In this document: positions 30,822 to 41,800 of the stretch, piece after piece
Position numbering within the stretch: position 1 is the stretch's first letter
How the letters are laid out: each line of letters begins with the position of its first letter
Source: an uncultured virus (IMG/VR IMGVR_UViG_3300030330_005363)
Lineage: Duplodnaviria > Heunggongvirae > Uroviricota > Caudoviricetes > Crassvirales
DNA length: 64,000 nucleotides
Strand: one strand, 5' to 3'
Virus record (IMG/VR): IMGVR_UViG_3300030330_005363
Coordinates: 1 to 64,000 of that record
The notes under the pieces: model-generated
Seen by the model: only the letters and a program-made list of their open reading frames with translations
What the model was told of the DNA's origin: nothing
The model's database searches: none
Made by a program: the position numbers and the translations under genes

Positions 30822-32753
30822 ATGGCATACGCGTTAAAAATAAATTATTTTAATTCTTTTTGGTTAAAAAAAGCAGTGGGAAATGTTACTGAAGACGCTA
30901 GTAGTGTTTTAGCTAGTTATGCTTATAACATGCCTAAAAAGACACCAGTTGCCACTTGGCCTGGTATTCCATGGTTAAATGAGGATAGCAATGAAAATAT
31001 ACCACCTAACAATCCAGGTCACTTAGGTTTTCCTCAATATCCTTGGGGAGACGGTTTACTAAATGGTAATCCAGATTATCCAAATGTACAGAGAAATTGG
31101 TTTGTAGAAGAAGCTAGAATTAAAGGTGGTTACAATAACACTACAGTTGATTTTGGTGTACGAGCTTATTTAGTAGATGACAACAACGAACAACAAAGAA
31201 GAATTAATACATTAATATATTCTGGTATTTTTAATTCACGAACAGGTATTAATGATACTAATGTTTTTTCTGTAGGAGAAGATATAACAAAATCTTTAGA
31301 CCCAGCAAATGGTTCTATACAGAAACTTTATGCTGAAGATACTAACTTATTAATTTTTCAAGAAAATAAAGTAAGTAAAGCTTTAATAGATAAAGATGCT
31401 TTATACACCGCGGAAGGAGATATGAATGTCACTTCTACTAACAAAGTTATTGGTCAAATTGTTCCTTACTTAGGAGAATATGGAATAAGTACAAATCCAG
31501 AATCTTTTGCTATATATTCTTATCAAAAGTATTTTGCTGATAAAAATAGAACTGCTATATTAAGATTATCTAGAGACGGTATTACAGAAATATCAGAATA
31601 CGGTATGAGAGATTATTTTAGAGATTATTTATCTACTATAGGAGATAGCTTTGTTCCTAATGTTTTATCATATGCAGCAGTAACCATACCTAGTAAAGAA
31701 GCAGATACTGGATCATGGATAACTTTTTCAGTTAGCGGTGAAGATAATTGTGGGTGTTGTGGAATTCAAATAGGTTCTGTAATAAGTGTTGCTGATTCAA
31801 ATTTAGAATTTCAAGAAACGTCTGTATATGTAGTGGATGTTACTCCTAATGGAGATCCAGAAGAATGTGGTATTCTTTTGTCTAATAGAATTAATCCTAG
31901 AGAATGGGGATGGGATTCTGGAGACACCGAACAAGATGTGTATGATCAATTAGCAAATGGAATAAAGTTTACATATTATAAAAAACCAGCAATTGAAGGA
32001 GGTTATGATATTCATACAAAGTCTTATGTGGTCTCTATGCAACCACTAGTATTTGAAGAAGGTTGTGAAGTAGAAGAAGAATATAATACTTTAAACTTTG
32101 ATGAATCTATTAATGGTTGGGTTAGTTATTATAGTTATAAACCTACTTGGATGGATAGTTTAAAAAATGTATTCTATTCAGTTGATGATTATAAAATTTA
32201 TCAACACTATGTAGGAACTATAACAAGTAATCATGGTAATTTCTATGGAACATATACTGGATCTAGTATTGAATTTATTTTCAATGATAATGCTTCTATG
32301 GTTAAAAACTTTCAAACAGTTAACTATGAAGGTACTAATGGGTGGCAGGTAGAATCTTTTATATCCGATCCTACCGAACTTGATCAATATCCAGCACCTA
32401 TATATCCACCTACAACCCCTATCACTACAACAGGTTCTTGGCAAACTTTAAATGATAGAACCGCAGTGGTTTTAAGTTATGAAGAAGGAGCTTATATAGA
32501 TCCTACTGATGGGTCAATTGAAAGAGCTGGATTTGTACGTAAAGAAAATAGATATGTAGCTAATCTTAAGAACTTTGGAAGTAATACTCAGTCAGAACAA
32601 GTGATCTTATCTGAAGATAGTTTTGGAGGAGGAAATATGTCTGGTATAAAAGGATATTACGCTACTGTAATATTATCAACAGATACAACTACAGATGTAG
32701 GTGGAATGAAAGAACTATACGCGGTAGGAACTAAATATGTTAAATCATCATAA
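30822..32753 (+). CDS. Tail stabilisation protein, second part
   Basis: GSIQKL, EYGISTNPESFA, RLSRDGITEISEYGMRDYF motifs. Confidence 0.7.
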   Translation: MAYALKINYFNSFWLKKAVGNVTEDASSVLASYAYNMPKKTPVATWPGIPWLNEDSNENIPPNNPGHLGFPQYPWGDGLLNGNPDYPNVQRNWFVEEARIKGGYNNTTVDFGVRAYLVDDNNEQQRRINTLIYSGIFNSRTGINDTNVFSVGEDITKSLDPANGSIQKLYAEDTNLLIFQENKVSKALIDKDALYTAEGDMNVTSTNKVIGQIVPYLGEYGISTNPESFAIYSYQKYFADKNRTAILRLSRDGITEISEYGMRDYFRDYLSTIGDSFVPNVLSYAAVTIPSKEADTGSWITFSVSGEDNCGCCGIQIGSVISVADSNLEFQETSVYVVDVTPNGDPEECGILLSNRINPREWGWDSGDTEQDVYDQLANGIKFTYYKKPAIEGGYDIHTKSYVVSMQPLVFEEGCEVEEEYNTLNFDESINGWVSYYSYKPTWMDSLKNVFYSVDDYKIYQHYVGTITSNHGNFYGTYTGSSIEFIFNDNASMVKNFQTVNYEGTNGWQVESFISDPTELDQYPAPIYPPTTPITTTGSWQTLNDRTAVVLSYEEGAYIDPTDGSIERAGFVRKENRYVANLKNFGSNTQSEQVILSEDSFGGGNMSGIKGYYATVILSTDTTTDVGGMKELYAVGTKYVKSS

Positions 32754-33163
32754 TGCAATTAAATATAAGACAATTACTTGAAAACGATTATTCAACTTTA
32801 AAAACTTGGTGGGATAAATGGAGCGAATGGACAGCTCCTTCTAAAGAATTTTTACCTGAAAATGGAACTGGTGGTTTTATTGTAGAAAAAGACAATAAAC
32901 CTATAGTAGCTGGTTTTATTTATTTAACTAATTCTAAGGCAGCTTTACTAGAATGGATAGTATCAGATCCTGATTATAGAGATAGTGATAGAGAAGACGC
33001 GATAGAGCTGTTAATAAATGAATCTGAGCATGTTTGTAAGACTTTAGGTTATAAATTCATATTTACTATAGGAAGAAATAAAAAGTTAATAGACACACAT
33101 AAAAAATTAAAATGGAATGTAGATGAAAAGCCATCTCATGAAATAGTGAAAATAATAAATTAA
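32753..33163 (+). CDS. GNAT-fold acetyltransferase-like morphogenesis protein
   Basis: GFIVEKDNKPIVAGF...EWIVSDPDYR; same position as T7 gp13/P22 gp14 analogues. Confidence 0.65.
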   Translation: MQLNIRQLLENDYSTLKTWWDKWSEWTAPSKEFLPENGTGGFIVEKDNKPIVAGFIYLTNSKAALLEWIVSDPDYRDSDREDAIELLINESEHVCKTLGYKFIFTIGRNKKLIDTHKKLKWNVDEKPSHEIVKIIN

Positions 33164-33168
33164 TAAAA

Positions 33169-34026
33169 ATGGGAGCAAGTACAGCAGCAATAGTAGGAGG
33201 AGTAGTTGGTATAGGAGCAAATGTAGCTTCAGCTGTAGCCGCAAAAAATCAAGCAGATGATGCAAAAGATGCGGCTGCAATAGCTCAAGGTAATTTAGAA
33301 ATGCTTCAAAACAACAGACAAGAAGTTATAAATCCTTATGCTAATTTAACAAATCAATATGCTAATTTAGGAGTAGCTACAGGTGCAGCAGAAATGCAAG
33401 CTGAAGAAGCTGATATAGCATTAGCAAACACTTTAGATACATTAAGAGCAACTGGTGCTAGCGCTGGTGGAGCCACCGCTTTAGCTATGGCTGCTTTAAA
33501 AAGCAAACAACAAGTATCTGCTAACATTGAACAACAAGAAGTAGCTAACCAAAAACTGCGAGCGGAAGGACAAATGCAAGTTGAGCGAGCTATAGCTGAA
33601 GGAGAGAAATTTAAATGGAATGCTCAAGAAAACAGAGAAATGATAGAGTTGGACAGAGCTCAAGGTCTTATAGACAAACATGAACAACAACAAGCAGCTT
33701 CAAATGCAGCTATGTGGGGAGCAATTGGGAATATTGGAAATGTTGCAATGACTACTGGAATGAATATCACTAGAGCTCAAATGGGTCAAGGAATTGGAGA
33801 TGATGTTACAAATAATACCCCAACAACTACTACAACAAATACAACTACAACAACAGGTACTGGACCTACTAACTATAGTGTTCCTGGAGGCGTTGGTTCT
33901 AACACTAGTGTAACTGGTGGATCTGGTATGGGTTCAATGTCAGGTATAAATAGTCCTACACCACCACCTAATATGCCTGCACCTTCTTCCAATTCTATAT
34001 GGATTCCAGGTCAAGGTTGGATTTAA
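33169..34026 (+). CDS. Internal virion/ejection protein 1
   Basis: Gly/Ala hydrophobic N-terminus, Ala/Gln coiled coil; follows the GNAT gene. Confidence 0.65.
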   Translation: MGASTAAIVGGVVGIGANVASAVAAKNQADDAKDAAAIAQGNLEMLQNNRQEVINPYANLTNQYANLGVATGAAEMQAEEADIALANTLDTLRATGASAGGATALAMAALKSKQQVSANIEQQEVANQKLRAEGQMQVERAIAEGEKFKWNAQENREMIELDRAQGLIDKHEQQQAASNAAMWGAIGNIGNVAMTTGMNITRAQMGQGIGDDVTNNTPTTTTTNTTTTTGTGPTNYSVPGGVGSNTSVTGGSGMGSMSGINSPTPPPNMPAPSSNSIWIPGQGWI

Positions 34027-34043
34027 TAAAAACAAAATAGAAT

Positions 34044-35858
34044 ATGGGAACTTATAGACAACCAGGAGCAAATACAGACGTTTCATTTTTAGAGTTAAAT
34101 AAAAGATTAGCTCAAGGACAAGCCATGTTTCAACAATCGTTTGAAATGATGCAAAAAGAATACGCTGCAAACGCTGCTAGAAATCAAGCAGCTAAAGAAA
34201 AGCAAGATTTAGCTAGGGCTAATGGAATGAATAGATGGAACAAAGCCTTAAAAGAAGCTACTCCTAAAGGCGGATTTTCAGAAACACAAGATAAGTTTTT
34301 AAGAGAAAAGCAAGATGAATATTTTAAATTGTTAGGAAAAAACGATCAAGAATCTTTAACAAGATTAGGTCAATTATTAGCTTTACCTAGTGAAATGTCT
34401 TCAGGCCAAGGGGCTTTTTCTACTATAGGTAAACAATGGGAAGCAGCTACAAATTTAGGTGATGGAGTTGGTGGTGTAGATTGGTATAATTCAGGTGCCA
34501 TGAATGTAGATTTTTTACAAGATTACCAAATGAACGGAGCAGCTAATATAGTTCCTAGAGAAGAAAACGGTAATATGTATTGGGTTTTACAAGACCCTCA
34601 ATCTGGTAAAGAACAAATTTTAAATAATCATGAGCTTGTTAAAGGATCTTTAGAAGGTAATTCATTTTTTGCTACTAAAGGAGATATATCTCAAACTATG
34701 AAACCTTTTATGGAAGAACAAATAGCAGGTTTACCTGGTGATTATAAAGGTAAAAAAATAGTAGATAAAAGAGGTAGTGTTCAAACTAGTGCATTAGATT
34801 ATTCAGCTGATAATAAGATATTAAAAGAAAATTTAGTAAAATCTGATTTTGGTTCTATTATGTCTAACCAAAAGTATATGACTAGTGTATTTCCTCAATT
34901 AATAGATAGAGTGCAAAAAGCTGCAGACGCAGGTGATCAAGATGCTTTTAGATTATTGTACGGAGATGATATGAAAAAAGGAACTGATGATGATTATGAC
35001 ATGTTAACTAATGAGAAAGCACATGCTATAGATGCTAATCTTAGTGTCGGATCATGGGTTGGTAGTGAACCTGGTTTTGGAGAAGTGGCGGATAAACAAA
35101 AAGCAATTGCTAAATTTGGAATGATAAACTGGGCAATGGACTCAGAAAACGGTTTAGTAAAACCAAATAGAGTTCAAACTGGAACTACCTATGTTAAATC
35201 ACCATCAAGTGGAACTAGTGGAAGTTCAATGACTGCTAGCCAAAAGAATTTCCTTACAAAAGTTCAAAAACCAGAAAATATAGCACAGTACGATAATTAC
35301 CAAAGAGTTGCATCTCAAGTAGTAAATAGATTTGAAGTTGATGATAAAGGAAAGTTAACTGGTAGAAATAAACCAGGTTTAGGTTTATTAGCGTCTCAAT
35401 TAAACCAAGCAGCTAAACAAAAAGCATTGACTAAAAATCCTGCTAATCCACAAGTGGAAGGGTCATACAAAGTGTTAGATGACACTGTAATTGTATTCCA
35501 ACCACTTGATGAAGATGAAGCTGAAATTACTTATATAGATACAGAAGGTAATAGTGGAGCTTATGATATAACTGATAGAGCTTCTATAACACGTATGTTA
35601 GCAGACGCAGGAGGAATGGATGAAGATATTTATAATTACTATGATCAAAATAGAGGAGGTCAAGAATGGACTTTTACCAAAGGTAAAGATGATCCAAACA
35701 CTACTCAAGATGAAACTTGGGAAAAAGGGCATGGAATGGAAGCTCATAAAACAGTAGTATATAGACCAAAAACGCAAGAGGAGTATGATAAGCAAATTAA
35801 AAATGCTCAACGAGGGGATATAATTATATGGAATGGAAAACAGTTAAGAAAAACATAA
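34044..35858 (+). CDS. Internal virion/ejection protein 2
   Basis: 604 aa; position in the ejection trio. Confidence 0.6.
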   Translation: MGTYRQPGANTDVSFLELNKRLAQGQAMFQQSFEMMQKEYAANAARNQAAKEKQDLARANGMNRWNKALKEATPKGGFSETQDKFLREKQDEYFKLLGKNDQESLTRLGQLLALPSEMSSGQGAFSTIGKQWEAATNLGDGVGGVDWYNSGAMNVDFLQDYQMNGAANIVPREENGNMYWVLQDPQSGKEQILNNHELVKGSLEGNSFFATKGDISQTMKPFMEEQIAGLPGDYKGKKIVDKRGSVQTSALDYSADNKILKENLVKSDFGSIMSNQKYMTSVFPQLIDRVQKAADAGDQDAFRLLYGDDMKKGTDDDYDMLTNEKAHAIDANLSVGSWVGSEPGFGEVADKQKAIAKFGMINWAMDSENGLVKPNRVQTGTTYVKSPSSGTSGSSMTASQKNFLTKVQKPENIAQYDNYQRVASQVVNRFEVDDKGKLTGRNKPGLGLLASQLNQAAKQKALTKNPANPQVEGSYKVLDDTVIVFQPLDEDEAEITYIDTEGNSGAYDITDRASITRMLADAGGMDEDIYNYYDQNRGGQEWTFTKGKDDPNTTQDETWEKGHGMEAHKTVVYRPKTQEEYDKQIKNAQRGDIIIWNGKQLRKT

Positions 35859-35859
35859 T

Positions 35860-38800
35860 ATGGAAGACGAAAATATTCCAGAAGGTTTCGAATTAGTAGA
35901 AGATACTTCTGTAGAAAATATACCGGATGGCTTCGAGGTAGTAGACGATGTAGAAATATCAGAAGAACTTGAACCTGCTGAGGATCCTACAGAAATGCTC
36001 AAACTTGAAGAAGAATTAGATGGATGGCAACCAGATGTAAGTTTTACAGTTCATAATCCTAATTATTATGAAGAGCTTCCAATGATGGATATTGAACGTG
36101 GTAAATACCAAAAATGGAAAAGATTACAAGAACTTCGTGAACCTCTTACTCAACCATTTGATCCTAACCGTCCACCAAGTCCAACATTTTCTTCTATTAG
36201 TAAACCAACTCTACCTTCTCCTCAGGAAATGACAAATCTAAATCCTTTGAATAAATTAAATTTAACACCTGAGATGATAGGTGAGCAAGATGAAGCGGTG
36301 GAAGATATAGATGAGTTTGGAATACCTATACCCCAACCACAACAAATGGATTTAGGACCTGCTGGAACCATGTATAATCTTCCAGTTCCAGAAACACCTG
36401 AACAGGCAGCTCAAAGAAAATACTCTCAAGACGAACTTGAAAAAGGAAAGCAATCTCAAAAAGATTATTACGCCAAAGAAAATTATGGAAAAAACTTTAA
36501 GCAATTAACTGACGGAGAAAAAGCTAAAGTTAATAAAAGAATAGAAAATGAAATATTCTTAGGAGATAGAGAAGCATGGGAAGATGGATCAAGAAGTCAC
36601 TATAATTTTAATGTATGGGATAAGGATTTTGTAGCAAACGACGGGTGGGTGAATGCTCAGGATTGGAGTAATAAAGGAATAGTAATACCTTACAATAAAG
36701 CTAATCTAATGCCTAATGGTAGGGTAGAGTATAGTATTCCCCGAATAAATGTAGGTAACCCTTATGAGTTGCAGAATGTTTGGGTTCAACATGAAAGTAA
36801 TTTATATAAAAATAAAGACTTAAGATATTTAACTTATAAAGAACAACAAAAAAATCCTAATTTAAGTAAAACTGAAGCTGAAGATAAGGCAGAAGAAATA
36901 ATAAATAATAGAAGAGAAGAGTTTACAAGAAGGTATTTTAATGACGAAATGCTTGCTTTAGAAGATGCGAAAAATAATTATTTATCAGTAGTAGAAAAAT
37001 ATGGAGATGACTCAGAAGAAGCAGCAAAAGCAGCTTCAACTTATGTAGCAGCACATAAAAAATTTACTGAAGCAGAGATGTTATTCGATCCATCTACAGG
37101 TGAATTTAAAAACAAAAGTAAGTTTACTAAAGCTAAACAAGGTGAATTAGCAGATTATAATGAAAGTGTAGATCAAAGAGCACAGCAACTAGCAGAAACA
37201 ACTGATCAGGAAGATTTAGAAGATCTTAGTAATACTTTAATGTATGATTTATATGCTTTAAACACAGCTTTTGCTACTAGCAACGTAAGAAATCAAGTCT
37301 GGGATGGGGTAGGTTTATATGGTATGGCTGCAGATGAAATACGTAATGAAAATGGTATAGCTTTTTTACAGGGTAAATCTATTTATAACTATGGTATAGA
37401 TTATCTTACAGGTACTAAATTAGGTACTAGTATGAAGTTTAAAAATCCTTTAGCTAAGTATATAGATAATGACGATTTTGAAACAGACGTAGAAAAAGCT
37501 ATGGCTATGAGAGACGTTAAATTAGGTGATAATAGAATGCCTTTTAAGTTAAGTCATATACCAGGTAACTCTGCTTTTGCTCAACAATACAATGCTAAGT
37601 TAGATGAATTTCTTAGTGTTAGTAAAGCTATTCAACTAAACTACGATCCTACTACTTTAGAAAGAACTGGAGGAACCATCTTTCAACCAATGAAAATGAT
37701 CAACAGAGCACTAACTAATATTGGACCTACAATGTTAGGTGAAAGTAGTACTTATAGAAGTGAATCTGCAGATCAATTAGCTAAAGATTTTGTAAGTGCT
37801 TTAGAACAAGGTGGTTATGAAATGAGTGATGAAGTAAAAGAAAGAGTAGAAGATACTACTAATGATCTTATTATGGATACTACTCCTCAGTTAGCAAATT
37901 TTTTATTGGAAATGTTTTTATTAAAAGGAGTAGGAAGAGCAGCAGGTGCAGGTAGATTGTACAAAAGTGCAGTAGGACTAGGGAAAGGTACTAATATATA
38001 TAAGAATAGTAGAATATTTAAACACGCATACGATATTAGCGCTGCTACAATTAGAGAGATTGGTATAGGTATTGGTATAAATAAAATGGACGAAACCTTA
38101 ACAGGTAATGAAGGAATGAGTTTAACCGGCTGGGGAGCGGTAGGAGCTGGTAATGAAATTTCTAACAAAATGATGTCTGCTTTATTTAATGGTAAAATAC
38201 CTGGGTTTGGTAACATCATGTATGCATTAGGTAAAAGTAAAATTGCTCAAGGATTTGCTCAAGGAACTATGCAAGCAACTGCCAGTACAGGTGTAATGGC
38301 TGGATCAGAAATGTTTGACCAAATGGTTAATCATGATAAAAGTTTTGGAGAAGCTTGGGAAGAATATTTTCCTAAAAATGAAGAAGGTAATTATGATTTT
38401 AACAGCTTACAAAAAGCCATGATTACTTTTTCTCACATGACTATGTTAGGTGTAGGTAGTAGATTAACAAACAATCCTCCAGGCTTAAGAAGAACTTATA
38501 AAGCTTTAGAAGCAGATTTACTAGCTATTCAAGGTAAAAATCCAGTTACCAAAGCTTCAGCTAAAGAGCTAGGTTTAAATTATGATAAAGCTATAACTGA
38601 AAAACAAATTAATGATTCTTATAATAAAAGATATAATGAGGTTGTTACCGATCCTAAATTTGATGGTCAATTTACTTTAAATCCTATAAATGGAAAAATA
38701 GTTCCTAAAAAAGGAAGTCTTTTAGAAACAGAGATTAGAAATTTAACATCGGCTAAAAATAACATGTTACAGTTTAAAGATCTTACTGCTATTCAGAACG

Positions 38801-41800
38801 ATATAATGAGTAGACAAAAAGCTCAAAAAGGTAACATAAAAGGTACTGTAGCAGGTAAAGCAGAAATTTTTACTAAAGAAAAACAAGCTGCAGAATTAGG
38901 TCAAACAATAAACGCTGATTTAAATAACACAGGTAATTATAAAGTAAAAAACTTAGAAGAGGCAGAGTTAATAACTTCTCTACCAGTTGACATGATAGAA
39001 TTTGGAGTAGCTGGAGCTAATAGCAATCCTGCTCTTAGAACTAAACTAAAACAAATTCAAGCAAGACAAAAGAATAATTTAGAATATATAAATCAATATG
39101 CTCCTGGAAAAAACAATCCACTTAGAAAACCTATATATGAAAAATTACAAGCTTTAGAAACTGAAAAAAGTGATTTAAGTAAACTTCAAGCTTACAAGCA
39201 AAGTCCAGAAGGTAAAACAGATCCTACTATTGAGACTAAAATATTAAGAACAGAGGAGAAAATTGATCAACTAAATAAAGAGTTAGATGTAGATTTAAAA
39301 AAAGGTATTGAACAAACCACTCTTAAAAGAGAAGCAGATATAGCTAAAGCTAGAGAGAGAGTTGGATCTGAAGCTATAGAAGAGTATTCTCAAAATGAAT
39401 ACATTGAAAAAGCTAAAGAAGCTGGAGTTGATGTTGGTAAAGGACAACAAGAAGGATTTTTTATTGGTAAAGATAAAGCTGGAAAAGAAAGAATATTAAT
39501 AAATAAAGATTGGGCTAAAGAAGTTGGTAATGTAAGTGTAGGAACTCATGAAGTATTACATAAACTAACTAAAGATGCGTTACCAGAAGGAACTGCTGAA
39601 ACCAATAGATTAATAAGTGAATTTAAAAAATCTTTAACTTACGACCAATACAACACTATTAAAGATGCTGTTGAATCTACTTCTGCTTTTAAGAAAAATC
39701 CTAATACTGTAGAGTGGATAAACGTATTTCAAGATGCGGTTCGTAAAGGAGATATTTCTCCTAACTCAAAAGGTTGGAAAGGAATAGGAGATGTTTACGA
39801 AAAGGTTTTTAGAAAAGGAGGATTTGAAAAAATTGAATTTAAAACAGGTAAAGATGTTTATGATTATGTAGTAGACTACGCTGTTAAAGATAAAGCTCCA
39901 GAATTAAAAGCTCAAGAATTAAAATCAGAAGATGTAAAAACAAGAGAAGCTGCACGTGAAGAAGGTCAATTTTCTGGTAAACAGGAATTAGAAGCTGAAA
40001 GAAAAACTTTAATGGACGAACAATTAAAGTTAGGTAAAGAAGCTGCTGGTAGTAAACTATACGAACAAAATAAAGCTAGAATACAAGAAATAAGTAGAGA
40101 ACTAAAAGGTGATGCTGTTAAGTTAAAAGAATTAAGTCAAAAAGATAGAGATAGTTTTATCACTAATCAAGGTAAACAATTAAATAAACTTTGGACTAAA
40201 GATTTAAAGAACTTAAATAAAATGGATAAGATCATTGATAAAATGATTGAAAACCATGCTTACAAAAGAGGTTTAGATAAACTACCAGACTTTAAAATGG
40301 ATGAGTTTATTGCTGAAACTCGAAGAGGAGTTAGTAATAAAGGAACATTGAGAGGATTAGACAAGTTCATATGGGGACAAAACAAGTTTGATGCAGCAAA
40401 GAATGATAATTTTTATGGGTATTTAAATAGATTTTTAAAAGTAAGTGCAGATAATGCGTTAAAATCTGGCAATGTAACAAGCAAAGACTTTAAAGGAGAA
40501 TTAAGTGGTAAAGAATCAACGCCTTCTCCTGAACCTATAGAACCTACTATTGTCAAGTCTAAAGCTAGAGAAATAGTTGGTATAAAAACTCCACAAGAAT
40601 TAACTAAACTAATAGAAGAAGGAAAATTAAGCAAAGGTGAATATGATCAACAACTAAAAAGATATAATGAAATAGAAAATAAAGTTGTAGATTATTTACA
40701 AAAAGAAGTTTTAAAAGATGAAGTTGTAACTGAAAAATTAGGTAAAGATTTAAATGATTACTTAAGAAAGGAATTAGCAGCAGACATCAGGGGAGAAATG
40801 GGTAAAGGCAAAGCTTATGAAGATTTTATAGTAAAAGCTTATGATGAAGTTTTAAAACCTTTAAGTGAACAACCTGGTCCAGTAAATGATATATTTACTA
40901 GAGCTAAACAAAGAGATTTGTGGTATGAAGGTACAGGTAAAAGATATGTAAAAATAAAAGGTAAATCTCAACCTGAACTAATGCGTAAACTTACTCCATC
41001 TAAGGAAAGAGTAAAAGATTATTATTTAAAACAAGGTGATTTTGCAAAAGCTCCTAATAGTAAAGGTAACTTAAAAATAGCATTGTCAGAGCAATTATCA
41101 GAGATTATTGGTAAAGATATAATGCCTAGTTTGTTAAACTCAGGTAAAGCTTTTAAAGGATTAAGTCCAGAAAATAAAGCATTGTTAAATAAAGATGTTA
41201 CAACTGGTATAATAAGCGACATGATCAAGAGAAATCCTGACATGCAATTTTCTGAAACTGTAAAAAGAAAAATACCTGACTTTGGACAAAACACATTTGA
41301 TAGCTTTAGGTTGATGAAAACTGATCACCCTAGATTATTTAAAGAATTTAGAGCAGCAGTTATAGATGGTGTAGAACAACAATGGTTAGAAGCAAATCCA
41401 AATTTCAATAAGTATTTAGAACAACCTATATTAAGAGCAGCTAAAAGAAAAGCTCTTGCGGCTAGAAAAGAAAGTCAATCATTTAAAAAAGCAATACAAA
41501 AATATCCAGATAAAGTTATGTGGAATGGTAAAGAATTAGATATTTCTTCTTTGAAAAATGCTGATTGGGATCCTATGTCTGGAACTTACAAAGGTGGTAA
41601 ATACTATGACACTAACATTATAAAACCATACTTAGAACACGCAGGTAAATTCGCAGAGTATCTTCCTAAGTGGTTATTAAAAATGGCAAATAAAGAAGCT
41701 GTTTTACAAACGTTAGGATCTAGTACTCAAGCAACGGGTAGATCAGTATCTACAATCACTGAGTCACTTGATTATCAATCAGGTAGATCCGATTATAATC

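Noticed and set aside
33805..33870. ACA/ACT-rich repeat
   Set aside because: Ordinary Thr-rich linker within ejection protein 1.
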